Shown: piece by piece, positions 48,844 to 58,828 of the stretch | Numbering within the stretch: the first letter of the stretch is position 1 | How the letters are laid out: each line of letters opens with the position of its first letter | From: Promethearchaeota archaeon | Lineage (GTDB): Archaea > Asgardarchaeota > Lokiarchaeia > Sigyniarchaeales > SOKP01 | Direction: 5' to 3' | DNA length: 64,000 bases | Assembly: GCA_019058445.1 (NCBI GenBank) | Contig: JAHPZA010000010.1 | Location: forward strand, 416,001-480,000 | Program-made: the position numbers and the translations under genes | The notes under the pieces: generated by a model | Told to the model about the DNA's origin: nothing | Seen by the model: only the letters and a program-made list of their open reading frames with translations | Databases searched by the model: none

Positions 48844-51777
48844 TTAAGGTAAAAGAAGATTTATCTTTTTAGCCATTTTTCTTTGAATATTAAATGGATC
48901 TTTGTAGTATACTTTGAGATTTATCTCATCAGCACGGGGATCTAACAGATTCTTTCTTACACTTCTATCAATCTTTAAAACATAATTGAATTTAAAAATA
49001 TTGCCGGTTTTCAGCTCATTTAGATGGAGATACTTGGGAAATGATTCTTTCTTCAGAAATTTAAGATAATTAGGAAATGCTAAAGAAATTTGTAAATCCT
49101 TATAATTATAATTAGAGGGATTATTTAATTTAAAGTTTAAATAAATTTTATTGCCAATTGTTTTGATATTTTTAAAAAATAAGAGAGTCTGACTATCTTG
49201 AATATATTCTTCAACAACTCTGGAGAAAAGAGTGTCATTTATAATTTTTGCTTTTAATTTTTCTTGTTTTATAAATTTTAGAATCATCTCTTTTAGAAAA
49301 TCTATTTCTAAGCTCATATACGAAGAAAGTAAATCGAGCTTAATAGGATTCATAATTTTCAAATAATATTTTATTTGAGAGAGAATAAGTTTATCTTCAA
49401 ATTTTCTATTAAAATAGTGTAATTTGTTGACAATTAATTCCTTGGAATCATTCCACTTATCAAGGTAAGGTCGTACAAATAAATTAAACACGTTATTGTC
49501 CAACTCTTTGCCTATAATACTCTCAATTTGATTTTCTGTTTCGCTAATAAAAGTTTGTAATTGATTTGATTTCATATCAATTAATTTCTGTACATTAGAA
49601 AACTCATTTTTATTGATAAGGAAGTTTAATTTAGGATGAAATTCTTCAAAATTATCATTAAATTTCCTTATTACTTCAATTCCATGTGATATTACTGAAA
49701 CTATATGTCCTTGTAGAATTTGCACTGCTATTTCATTATTTATTCCGCTTTTAATATCTGAAAGATTAGAAGTTTCTTGAACATTAAAATAATCATTGAC
49801 TATTGTATCTTTTACCACTTTAATCTGTCTATCAAAATCATTTAAATATTTTTGAATCTCTATTTTAACAGCAATCCATTTTCTTATCAATTCTTTAAAG
49901 ATCTCATCGAATTCTAAATTATGAATTAGCAATTCTCTAATATTCACATCTAACCTAAACATATTTTTTCTAATTTGAGTTATATACGCGAATTTTTCAT
50001 CAGTATCTTTCTCATCATCAGTGATAAAATCGGATAAATCTGTTTCTAAATTAAAATTCAAATTATTACTTTTTACAAAATCAAATTGAGAGCTTAACAC
50101 ATCTATTCTATCATCTAAAATCTTAATTTTATTTTCTAAGGTAGATCTGAAGTTATCTCTTTGTTCTTCACAAATTTCTGAAATAAAACCTTTGATTATA
50201 CTTAGTTCATCAATGATCTGAACTTTAGTTTCTTCCCACTCTTCTAATAACTCAAATGCTAATCTTTTGAATTCAAAAGTGTTAATAATATTATTAAATT
50301 TATTTATCTTCTTTAGAATTTCATCATACCTTGTATTTAATTGGATCTCCGTTTCATTAAACTTAAAATCTTCTATATAAGAATTTAGAATATTTCTAAA
50401 TTGCGCAGGTATCTTCCGAAACTCTACGATTTTTTCATGAAATGAAGATAACTTATTATCTATTTCCTCTATGTGCTTATCTATATTTTTAAAAGTTTCT
50501 TTGATTTTACTAATACATAACATTAATTCTTCCTTGACTTCATAATCTCTTTCTCTCGATAACGCTTTATTAAATTCAATAGCTATCCACACTGCTAACT
50601 TGTGATTTTTTAGAATAAAACAGATATTACTTAATAAAGTTATGGTTTTTTTTCTTTCTCTCCAATATTTTGACTCTAAACTATAAAGGATTTTAATAAT
50701 TTCGTTCTCAATCTCAATTTGATACTCTTCAAACAGTCGCTTAAATACTAAAGCTATTCCTTCTCTTATATTTTCAGAGGGATTCTCTAATTCTTCAAAG
50801 ATATAGGGAAATATTTCATCAATATGGGTTTGACCTAAATGATACATTGCGTTAATGAGGTTATTACGAAGTTCATGATCGCTTGTATCTAGCGAATTTA
50901 TTATATTTGACCAAATTTGATCAAAATTATTTTGGGCAATATTAACTAAAGATTCTACTACCTTAAGTTGAATTCTATAATCATTCTTATTTAAAAGTTT
51001 AATTAATTTAGGAATTATCGGAATTATTTCTGACGATTTTTCTTTTCCGATTTCACCAAATAACCATATAATTAATTCCTTAACTCGAGGCTTCTCATTA
51101 TAAAGAAGATTTAATAAAACGTAGAAAATTTTATCTTTAGAAAGAAAATAAGTCCCCAGATTTTTTAAAAGATCGGCAGCTCCTCGCGCTACATCATCAT
51201 CCTCATCTCTTAAATTTACAATAACCATTGAAAGTAACGGTTCAAGATCCCTGATTTTTGTATAATCTTGATTCAAAATCTTTTTAATGGTTTTCATAAC
51301 ATGGAATTTAACTTTCCAATCATTTTCCATTAATTTTTCATTAAATTCCTCAATCAAATCCTTCAGTTCCTCCGAATCAATGTGTAAGGATAAGATTAAA
51401 TTTCCCATTAATTTCACAGTAATTCTTCTTACTGAAACATCATGGTCATATAACCTTGCCCTAATTTTATTTAATAATTCCAACATTAGATTAGGACGGA
51501 ACATAGAAATTTGATATAGAATTTCAACAGATACTAATCTAATCCAAGAATCAGAATCGCTAATAAATTTTTCAATACTTTTAATCGTTTTTAAGGAAAT
51601 AGCTGGGCTTTTATCACAAACTAAGCTTAATAGACTTAGAGTTTTATAAATGATTTCTTTATTAGACTCAATAGACAAAACTCTAAAGATTTCCTCAGCG
51701 GCTTTTAAATGTAAGCCAGCTAAGATCATTTTTTCGATTAACTTGGTATCGAATGTCTGAGTCGTCACGCTTATCAA
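48844..51777 (-). CDS. HEAT-repeat protein with helical middle, PCI-like winged helix and C-terminal Ig-like domain
   Basis: About 10 HEAT repeats (e.g. LYDHDVSVRR, LRDEDDDVAR); IKLDLLSSYMSL....LKEMILKFIKQEKLKAKI; beta-rich final ~110 aa. Confidence 0.75.
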   Translation of the reverse strand: MISVTTQTFDTKLIEKMILAGLHLKAAEEIFRVLSIESNKEIIYKTLSLLSLVCDKSPAISLKTIKSIEKFISDSDSWIRLVSVEILYQISMFRPNLMLELLNKIRARLYDHDVSVRRITVKLMGNLILSLHIDSEELKDLIEEFNEKLMENDWKVKFHVMKTIKKILNQDYTKIRDLEPLLSMVIVNLRDEDDDVARGAADLLKNLGTYFLSKDKIFYVLLNLLYNEKPRVKELIIWLFGEIGKEKSSEIIPIIPKLIKLLNKNDYRIQLKVVESLVNIAQNNFDQIWSNIINSLDTSDHELRNNLINAMYHLGQTHIDEIFPYIFEELENPSENIREGIALVFKRLFEEYQIEIENEIIKILYSLESKYWRERKKTITLLSNICFILKNHKLAVWIAIEFNKALSRERDYEVKEELMLCISKIKETFKNIDKHIEEIDNKLSSFHEKIVEFRKIPAQFRNILNSYIEDFKFNETEIQLNTRYDEILKKINKFNNIINTFEFKRLAFELLEEWEETKVQIIDELSIIKGFISEICEEQRDNFRSTLENKIKILDDRIDVLSSQFDFVKSNNLNFNLETDLSDFITDDEKDTDEKFAYITQIRKNMFRLDVNIRELLIHNLEFDEIFKELIRKWIAVKIEIQKYLNDFDRQIKVVKDTIVNDYFNVQETSNLSDIKSGINNEIAVQILQGHIVSVISHGIEVIRKFNDNFEEFHPKLNFLINKNEFSNVQKLIDMKSNQLQTFISETENQIESIIGKELDNNVFNLFVRPYLDKWNDSKELIVNKLHYFNRKFEDKLILSQIKYYLKIMNPIKLDLLSSYMSLEIDFLKEMILKFIKQEKLKAKIINDTLFSRVVEEYIQDSQTLLFFKNIKTIGNKIYLNFKLNNPSNYNYKDLQISLAFPNYLKFLKKESFPKYLHLNELKTGNIFKFNYVLKIDRSVRKNLLDPRADEINLKVYYKDPFNIQRKMAKKINLLLP

Positions 51778-51921
51778 ATAAAGAAATAATTTTATTTACC
51801 AAAGAAATTTTGATAATAACATATATAAAAATGTTTTTCAAAAAGAACATGAAAAGTTAGTCTTAAATATATTTTCTTATCAAATCTAACTTATCAATAA
51901 AAAAGAGAAAAAAAAAGAAAT

Positions 51922-52470
51922 TTACTCATTTAATTCAATGATAGCTGTGCCAGGAGTGGCAACTCTTTCTCGATACGTTAAAGTACCCTCATCGACTTCT
52001 CTAGTTTTAACTAATCCACGTTCAATATCCTTTTCTGTAACATAACCTCTCTCACCAGCCTCAAATTGTTTTACAATATTTCCATCTTTATCTTTTATGT
52101 CAACATAAGTAAATGTTGTTTGTGTCATATCAAAATACACTCTTTTTCCATCAATCTTAGTAATCTTTGCTTCCGTGACAAGAAGGTCTCCACATCTTAC
52201 CATTCCACGCATCTCCACATCTGTTTCAATTAATTTTCCATATTTCCCATATTCTAGAAAATCCTCAAATAATTTGGTTACAAAACCATATGAAAATAAT
52301 CCATGAGCAATTATTCCCTTTAGTCCTGCCTTCTCGGCTACAACATCGTTTGTGTGAATAGGATTGGTATCCCCACTCCATTTAGCATAATCTCTCAGAA
52401 GTTTTCGATCAATTTGATCAAATTCATCTTTAATAATTTGTCCTACTTTTAGATCTGCAATTTTTACCAT
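51922..52470 (-). CDS. MaoC-family (R)-specific dehydratase, catalytic subunit
   Basis: YA..SGD.NPIH...A...G....IAHG. Confidence 0.9.
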   Translation of the reverse strand: MVKIADLKVGQIIKDEFDQIDRKLLRDYAKWSGDTNPIHTNDVVAEKAGLKGIIAHGLFSYGFVTKLFEDFLEYGKYGKLIETDVEMRGMVRCGDLLVTEAKITKIDGKRVYFDMTQTTFTYVDIKDKDGNIVKQFEAGERGYVTEKDIERGLVKTREVDEGTLTYRERVATPGTAIIELNE

Positions 52471-52471
52471 T

Positions 52472-52969
52472 TTAATAACCTCCTGGCCTAATGGCCGCGC
52501 TAACTACTGGTCTACATACCAACTCATCATTTTGATTCTTTACTTCTACAATTAATTGGGCAAACAAAATCATATTTGCCTCTACCAACCAAACCTTGCC
52601 CCATTTTCCTGTTGCTGTAAGTCTATCTCCAGGTCTGATGTCTACACATCCATCCCAGTTATATTTTTGACTCGCATGTAATAGTTTACCAAGATTGAGT
52701 ATAAAATCGCGTTCTTTCCCATCTTGCACTAGTTTCATGCCAAGGAGTAATGTATAAAGAGATTTTATCGTGTAATGATTCGCAAATGCATGGCACGCTA
52801 TAACTTCCTCTTCCGAACCTACATATTTAGGATCTTTAATTCCAAACACTTTTGCAAAATTTACTAATGATTTATATCTAACTGTGAGAGAATGAGATCC
52901 CGGTATTTCCTTTCCTGAAAGGTTCTCAATTAGGAATTGGGCATTTTTTTTCATTTCTGCTTCATCCAT
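52472..52969 (-). CDS. MaoC-like hot-dog partner subunit
   Basis: FA...G..DP.Y, LLHASQKY, IRPGD.L, NQ..ELVC; 1 bp from the MaoC gene. Confidence 0.75.
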   Translation of the reverse strand: MDEAEMKKNAQFLIENLSGKEIPGSHSLTVRYKSLVNFAKVFGIKDPKYVGSEEEVIACHAFANHYTIKSLYTLLLGMKLVQDGKERDFILNLGKLLHASQKYNWDGCVDIRPGDRLTATGKWGKVWLVEANMILFAQLIVEVKNQNDELVCRPVVSAAIRPGGY

Positions 52970-53132
52970 TTTGGATTCACTTAAATTTTTGCTATTTATA
53001 ATTTTTATTTTAGTTATTGATTTTATATTTAAAATTTAATTTAACAAAATTTTAATATTTATTGAGAAATGATAAAAGAAGATATCTTATCATAATTGTA
53101 TATCTTTCTTTTTTGTTTAAAACTAGTGAGTA

Positions 53133-53870
53133 TTAAATTACAGTTTTAATTTTTGTGTAAATTTTGTCCCTTTCGTTTATTGTATTGTCAAAATAAGAAA
53201 CAATTCTATTAGTATCGGAACTTCCGTTTAAAAGAATACAACTAATCCTATAATTATCAATAAGCTGAAACAAATATGAATCAACAGGTTCTGTATGTTG
53301 CTTTAGGTCTTCTTTATTGGATTTTGTAATTCCAGTAGAATTGAAATTTTTGAGTTTTTTATACTCTTGGATAGATAATTCTCTTATAACTTCATTACTA
53401 CTTGTGAATATTCCATCTACATCCTTTATTAAGAAGCATTCGTTTAAACCTAATTTCTTTGCCAAATAAACTGTTATTGAATCAGATGTTACTGACCAAC
53501 TATGAGGTAGTTCATCTATTTGAAAAAGAAAATCAAAGGGTAAAAAGAGTAAAATTGGATCTTTGCATTCTTTTAACACTCCAAACTCTTTTATACTTTT
53601 CATTTCCCTATATTTTTGGCAAATTGCTTCACCATTAGAATTCATAGCATAAATCGCCATCCAATGAGAAAGATCATCTCCAATATCTAATTTTCTATCA
53701 AAATTTCTAACAAAATTAGCATAGGAGCCACCACCAGGAACCAAAATGAGTTTATCAATGACTTTCTTATTGTATAAAAGCTTTTTAAATTGATTTAAAG
53801 TATGATCCAAATTTTCATGCTTTTCTAAGATCTTACCACCAAGCTTGGCAATTATCGTATTATTTTTCAT
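53133..53870 (-). CDS. Amino-acid-kinase-family protein, MfnE-like
   Basis: KLGG, VPGGG..AN.VR, SHWMAI.AM, LPHSW.VTSDSI, KDVDGI; adjacent to MfnF-like gene. Confidence 0.8.
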   Translation of the reverse strand: MKNNTIIAKLGGKILEKHENLDHTLNQFKKLLYNKKVIDKLILVPGGGSYANFVRNFDRKLDIGDDLSHWMAIYAMNSNGEAICQKYREMKSIKEFGVLKECKDPILLFLPFDFLFQIDELPHSWSVTSDSITVYLAKKLGLNECFLIKDVDGIFTSSNEVIRELSIQEYKKLKNFNSTGITKSNKEDLKQHTEPVDSYLFQLIDNYRISCILLNGSSDTNRIVSYFDNTINERDKIYTKIKTVI

Positions 53871-54964
53871 GTTCTTTTCTTTTTAGTTAGTTGAAAATAG
53901 AGAGCACCCGCGACGCCAAATGCTGAGGAACTAATATGATCAGGTATGTTTGTAATATCTTCAAGAGTTACTATATTGTTATATCCCAATTTTTCTAAAG
54001 CTTTTCTAATTAAAAATTCGGCAGATAAACCCGTAATAATAAACAAGGATTTACTTTCAAATTCGTTAATAAAATCTTTGTGAATGTTAATAAATGCTTT
54101 TAATTCATCTATAATGATTTCAATTTGTTTCTCATAAATGAAGTTTGCAATTAAGTTTAAATCTTCACTCTTGATGGTATCGATATCCATGCAAATTATC
54201 CTGGCTAATCGAGCATAACAATCTTCAAGAGATTTTGAACGATTATCTGCTGTATCATTGGTATATTCATCTTCTGTGATGTTTCCTAAAATTCGATGAA
54301 CATCTGACATTAAGGCAAATTTTTCAAATGAAATTCTAATATTATTTCCCTTATAAGTTACGAAATGAGTGATCGAGGGGATTGTTGCCCTAAGGCCCCC
54401 TGTGTAGATTAATTCATGATTCATTAACCTTGAGACATCATTTTTCCCAAAAGCAACCGGAACTGAATTTAATATAGGAATAATATCAATTGTATTTGAT
54501 CCCGCATCGATTAAAATACAATCAGAAACAAATCTTCCAAGAAATAGAGATGTAGACACCCAATTCGCTGCTGCTACTGCTGAATATTCCGATTTTGCCT
54601 TTTCAAAATCAATAAACTCATGATAATTACTAATAAAAAACATCTTGTTTTTATCGAAAACTTTTAATAGGGCAGCTAAAATTGTTAATACCCCCTCTTT
54701 CTTAGTTTGGAAGGCATCTGAAAGTTCTGCAGTAATAGTTATCGAAATATAATCTATTTCTTTTAATTTGTAATTATTAATTTCTACAACATTTACCACA
54801 ATCCTTTTTAGCATTTTAGGTATTTCATTTATTGTTTTTTCCCAGAATGGAAAATATTCTATATATGAATGTGCATCCAAAATTTGCTCGTTATGAATTT
54901 TTAGCAACGCAGCTTTAGTATTAGCACCACCAATATCTAACCCTAAAATTATGCAAGGATTCAT
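53867..54964 (-). CDS. Hydantoinase/oxoprolinase-family protein, MfnF-like (methanofuran biosynthesis)
   Basis: GLDIGGANTK, TAELSD.F..K.EGV, AAANW, IDAGS.T.DIIP, TADNR.K...C..RLAR. Confidence 0.82.
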   Translation of the reverse strand: MNPCIILGLDIGGANTKAALLKIHNEQILDAHSYIEYFPFWEKTINEIPKMLKRIVVNVVEINNYKLKEIDYISITITAELSDAFQTKKEGVLTILAALLKVFDKNKMFFISNYHEFIDFEKAKSEYSAVAAANWVSTSLFLGRFVSDCILIDAGSNTIDIIPILNSVPVAFGKNDVSRLMNHELIYTGGLRATIPSITHFVTYKGNNIRISFEKFALMSDVHRILGNITEDEYTNDTADNRSKSLEDCYARLARIICMDIDTIKSEDLNLIANFIYEKQIEIIIDELKAFINIHKDFINEFESKSLFIITGLSAEFLIRKALEKLGYNNIVTLEDITNIPDHISSSAFGVAGALYFQLTKKKRT

Positions 54965-55029
54965 TATTTTTAGAAATGTGTTGCGTAAGATTTGTTGAAA
55001 TATCCAAATTTTATTATGGTTAAAAATAA

Positions 55030-56360
55030 TAGATAAATTGATAAATTTTATGTTAAATTGCTTTTACTAATCAGTTATTTTTAGCTGTGTCTCCTTTTAA
55101 ATATGAAATTATCCATTTTAGTTTTACAATGCGATTAACAGAGATAATCATTGTAAGATCATCCGAACAACTTAGTAAATTATGCCATTTGGCTAAAAAT
55201 CTATACAATTTAGGAAATTGGTATTTAAGACAGGATTACTTTAATCTTAATAACATGCTCAATTATTATGATTTAGATTTTATTCTCAAGCGAAAAGAAG
55301 CATATAGAAATTTACCATCCCAAACATCCCAACAAATACTTAAATTACTATATAGAAATTGGAAATCTTATTTTAAAGGATTTATGGAATATCGAATTGA
55401 TGTTAAAAAATTTAGAAAAAAACCGAAAATTCCAGGATATAAAAAGAAAAATGGGGAGTCAATTATTTTTTTTACTAATCAACAATGTAAAATTAAGAAC
55501 GGTTGGTTATATTTTCCAAGAAGAGTTAATCTTGAACCTATTAGAACCCGAATTAAAGAAAAATTAAAGGAAATAAGGATTATTCCCTTAGGAGGGTGTT
55601 ATAAAGTAGAAATAGTTTATGAAAAAGAAGAACAAGATTTAGGATTAAATAAAGAACATATTTTAGGTATTGATTTAGGATTAAACAATCTCATAACTGC
55701 TGTAAATAATAATGGGTGTAGGCCATTTATTATTAAAGGTGGGATTGTGAAATCCATAAACCAGTATTATAACAAAAAAGTCGCATATTTTAGAAGCATT
55801 GAAAATAAGAAAGGTAATTTTAGGGATACAAAGAGAATTCAAAAACTACATTTAAAGAGGAATAATAAAATAAACACGATTTTTCACCGAATTTCCAAGA
55901 AGGTAATTAAATATTGTATTCAAAATAACATCGGAGCAATTATAATAGGATACAATGGAGGTTGGAAACAGAGGATAAATATCGGAAAAAAGAATAATCA
56001 GAACTTTGTCCAAGTTCCTTTCTTGAAATTAATAAAACAAATAAAATACAAAGCTATAATAAAAGGAATTCGCGTTTTTACCGTTGATGAAGCACATACT
56101 TCTAAATGCAGTTTTTTGGATAATGAACCAATAGAGAAACACAAAAAATATCGAGGTAAAAGAATTAAAAGAGGATTGTTTAAAACTTCCAACGGGATAA
56201 TCATCAATGCTGATGTAAACGCAGCATATAATATCATGAAAAAGGTATTCCCAAATTCCGTTTCGGTTGATGGGATAGAGGTATTCGGATTGATGCCACA
56301 AATTATTTATCGAACTATATATGATAGTATATTTGAAATAAAATGAAGAGATTTTCAATC
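55030..56360 (+). mobile_element. IS1341-type (tnpB-only) element; ends approximate
   Basis: tnpB without adjacent tnpA between unrelated genes; ends not resolved. Confidence 0.55.
55087..56346 (+). CDS. tnpB: IS200/IS605-family RNA-guided nuclease TnpB (likely start ATG 55129)
   Basis: KNLYN, LPSQTSQQ.L, P..P.YK.K.G, GIDLGLNN, EAHTSKCSFLD, INADVNAAYNI. Confidence 0.93.
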   Translation: MSPFKYEIIHFSFTMRLTEIIIVRSSEQLSKLCHLAKNLYNLGNWYLRQDYFNLNNMLNYYDLDFILKRKEAYRNLPSQTSQQILKLLYRNWKSYFKGFMEYRIDVKKFRKKPKIPGYKKKNGESIIFFTNQQCKIKNGWLYFPRRVNLEPIRTRIKEKLKEIRIIPLGGCYKVEIVYEKEEQDLGLNKEHILGIDLGLNNLITAVNNNGCRPFIIKGGIVKSINQYYNKKVAYFRSIENKKGNFRDTKRIQKLHLKRNNKINTIFHRISKKVIKYCIQNNIGAIIIGYNGGWKQRINIGKKNNQNFVQVPFLKLIKQIKYKAIIKGIRVFTVDEAHTSKCSFLDNEPIEKHKKYRGKRIKRGLFKTSNGIIINADVNAAYNIMKKVFPNSVSVDGIEVFGLMPQIIYRTIYDSIFEIK

Positions 56361-56454
56361 ATTTTAATGATCTGGTTCTTTATGTTTTTGAAGATATTAA
56401 ATCATTTGAAATATTAAATTACTTATTAACTAGTTTACTGAAAAGGGAATTTGA

Positions 56455-57033
56455 TTGACCGAAACGCTTACAATTGCTAAGAGTACAATTGATAAAAACT
56501 CGATGCAATATAATTGGAAGGGAGATGGAACTAAAGAGAATCCTATTATCATTGATAAAGATGATAATCTCCCTCAAAATATGATATTTAGAACTGAAGA
56601 CATGCATTTACAAATCAAGAATATTGATATTGGCTTGCTTGTATTTGAAAGATGCCAAAACATAATACTTGAGGAATCTATTCTCTCCATTGTTAAACTA
56701 AAGACATGCAGTAATATTATCATAAGAGAGAATCTAATAAAGGATATTAAGCTTTTATTCTCCGAAGATTTGGTAATAGAAAATAACCGTTTCTATTCAT
56801 TTTCAAATTTTCGCCTCTTTACCTTACTAATGTTTATCTTTGCATCAATTTCTGGGGCGGTGTTTTTCCTAAGTTATATTGAACTTCTTTATTTCCTAAG
56901 AGAGTTGACCTTTCCAGTTCTAATATTATGCGCTGTCTTATTTTTTCTTGATATTAAAAAGAAAAGAAATAAGATCCTCATTAGTAAAAAATTTAGAGAT
57001 AATGAATTTATTGAGTTAAAAAAAGAAAAATGA
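56455..57033 (+). CDS. Short beta-helix-repeat protein with C-terminal TM hairpin
   Basis: GDGTKENPIII, repeated C.NIII.EN, two TM helices. Confidence 0.6.
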   Translation: MTETLTIAKSTIDKNSMQYNWKGDGTKENPIIIDKDDNLPQNMIFRTEDMHLQIKNIDIGLLVFERCQNIILEESILSIVKLKTCSNIIIRENLIKDIKLLFSEDLVIENNRFYSFSNFRLFTLLMFIFASISGAVFFLSYIELLYFLRELTFPVLILCAVLFFLDIKKKRNKILISKKFRDNEFIELKKEK

Positions 57034-57110
57034 TTTTAAATAAGTTTTACTTCGTTTTTCTTCTAATTTTATTTCAAAATTAAATTTAGGATTAATAAAA
57101 AAAAAGGTAT

Positions 57111-57755
57111 TTATTTTATTTGATGAGTATAATATCCGTGTAGACCTAGCCATGCCATTAATGAGAAAAATGCCATCCATTCTGAAAAACAGGCTATTTC
57201 TCTTAAGAAACCAGTTACTAATACCAAAATTTCTAAGCTTAGGAAAGTAAAATAAACTACAACAACTAAGATACTAACAAATGGCAAGTACTTTGGTATT
57301 TTTTCTGCTTCTAACTCCATTTTAAAGAAGATAGATTGTCCGATTACAACTCCAATAAAATAGGTAAAAGCTCCAATCAGATGGAATGTGCGTGAAGTAT
57401 CATGTGGGTTGATGGCTATGATTATTGAACCAATTGCACCGATCACTATTAAATATAGGGTTATTTTTATATATTTCTCATTAACACCCCTTTTTGCCAA
57501 TAATCCAAGCATGTAGAGCCCTATTAATACTCGTAGAGGTGAAGCTATTATCATATTGACACTCCAAAATATCACTGAACCACTTGTAGAAGCACCTAGA
57601 TCACTAACATAGTGAGTAAATAAACTATAATTGGGATCATTATATAAGATTACTGAGATAAGGTGAAATGTCAATACCCAAACTACTGTTAGAAGCGCCA
57701 CATAACTTCCAGGGAATTTTTCATAAAATCTTTCTAATTTTTCCATTTTCATCAT
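57111..57755 (-). CDS. DUF998-like membrane protein
   Basis: YS...HYVSDLG, H..GA..YF, EW. Confidence 0.75.
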   Translation of the reverse strand: MMKMEKLERFYEKFPGSYVALLTVVWVLTFHLISVILYNDPNYSLFTHYVSDLGASTSGSVIFWSVNMIIASPLRVLIGLYMLGLLAKRGVNEKYIKITLYLIVIGAIGSIIIAINPHDTSRTFHLIGAFTYFIGVVIGQSIFFKMELEAEKIPKYLPFVSILVVVVYFTFLSLEILVLVTGFLREIACFSEWMAFFSLMAWLGLHGYYTHQIK

Positions 57756-57774
57756 TTATTTGTTTTTTTTTAAT

Positions 57775-57840
57775 TGAGCAAAGCTCATTTATTGTTACTA
57801 AAAAATGTAGATCATATATAAAGTTTATGAGTAATGCTCA
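57775..57840. promoter_or_regulatory. Two palindromic TetR-type operators
   Basis: TGAGC-AAA-GCTCA (57775-57787) and TGAGT-AAT-GCTCA (57828-57840) between the divergent DUF998 and tetR genes. Confidence 0.7.
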
Positions 57841-57853
57841 CTTATTGATAAAT

Positions 57854-58471
57854 ATGGAACAAAAGAAATTTATCAGAAATAAGGAGGAAAAAATAGAGAT
57901 TATTTATGAAACCTTTTTAAATCTCCTAAAAGATAAAGGATATAATAATTTAAGTACAAATCATATAGCAGAAATAGCCCCAATTAGTCTTGGGACAATA
58001 TATCGATATTTTCCAGAAGGGAAAGCTGCAATAATCAAGGGATACTTTGAGCATATAAAAGAAAAAATAATTGATGAGGAATTTTTTGAGCTGGCAAGTG
58101 AAAATGATTTGTCCAAACTGTTTAAACTTATAATTTCTAAACATTTAAAGGTCTATCGTAATAATCTAGAAGCCTTTTTAGCTTATGAACAGGCACTTTT
58201 ATCAAATAAAGAATTATTCAAGAATCATAGGATATCTGTGTATGAGTTTGCAAAAGAGACTGTGAAAAAATTGAGAGAGGGAAATGAGGCTTATCGTAAC
58301 TTACCTGAAGAGCGATTCATTGAGAGTTTTTTATTAATTTATAACCTTATAGAGGCCATTACTCACCGTCATTTAGCCATTATACCCATGTTTAAGTCGG
58401 ATGATGAAATAATAAAATTTCTTACGAAATTAGTAATGTTTTCAATACAATATTTACGAGATTCTTCTTAG
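57854..58471 (+). CDS. TetR/AcrR-family regulator (ATG 57854; ORF-track start overlaps the divergent gene)
   Basis: KGY...STNHIAE.A.IS.GTIYRYF..K. Confidence 0.9.
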   Translation: MEQKKFIRNKEEKIEIIYETFLNLLKDKGYNNLSTNHIAEIAPISLGTIYRYFPEGKAAIIKGYFEHIKEKIIDEEFFELASENDLSKLFKLIISKHLKVYRNNLEAFLAYEQALLSNKELFKNHRISVYEFAKETVKKLREGNEAYRNLPEERFIESFLLIYNLIEAITHRHLAIIPMFKSDDEIIKFLTKLVMFSIQYLRDSS

Positions 58472-58479
58472 ATTTAAAT
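58395..58479 (+). repeat. 85-bp direct repeat, copy 1 (tetR 3' end)
   Basis: 74/85 identical by manual count to 59385-59469. Confidence 0.9.
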
Positions 58480-58828
58480 AAGAATTAGAAAAAAGAATAA
58501 TTTGTTATATACTCCACAAAGAGCTGGAAAAGACTGAAAAGGATGAGTTTCTTTTAATTATCGAGCACGATCTCGAAAAAGTGCAAGTATAATTTAGTTT
58601 TTCTCAGGTGTTTGAGCATACTAATCCCGGTGTATGTTTAAAATGGGAAATAAATAAGATAAAACAATTCAAAATTATTGGAAACAATAAGAGAAAGACG
58701 AATTGAATATTTTTGAGAACTATATTTGATCACTTTTTTATAAATTTTATCGGTAATTCTTTTTTTAATTTTTTTTTTTAAATGATTGGGACATGTGATA
58801 GATTATTAGAAAATATGTAAGGTGAATA

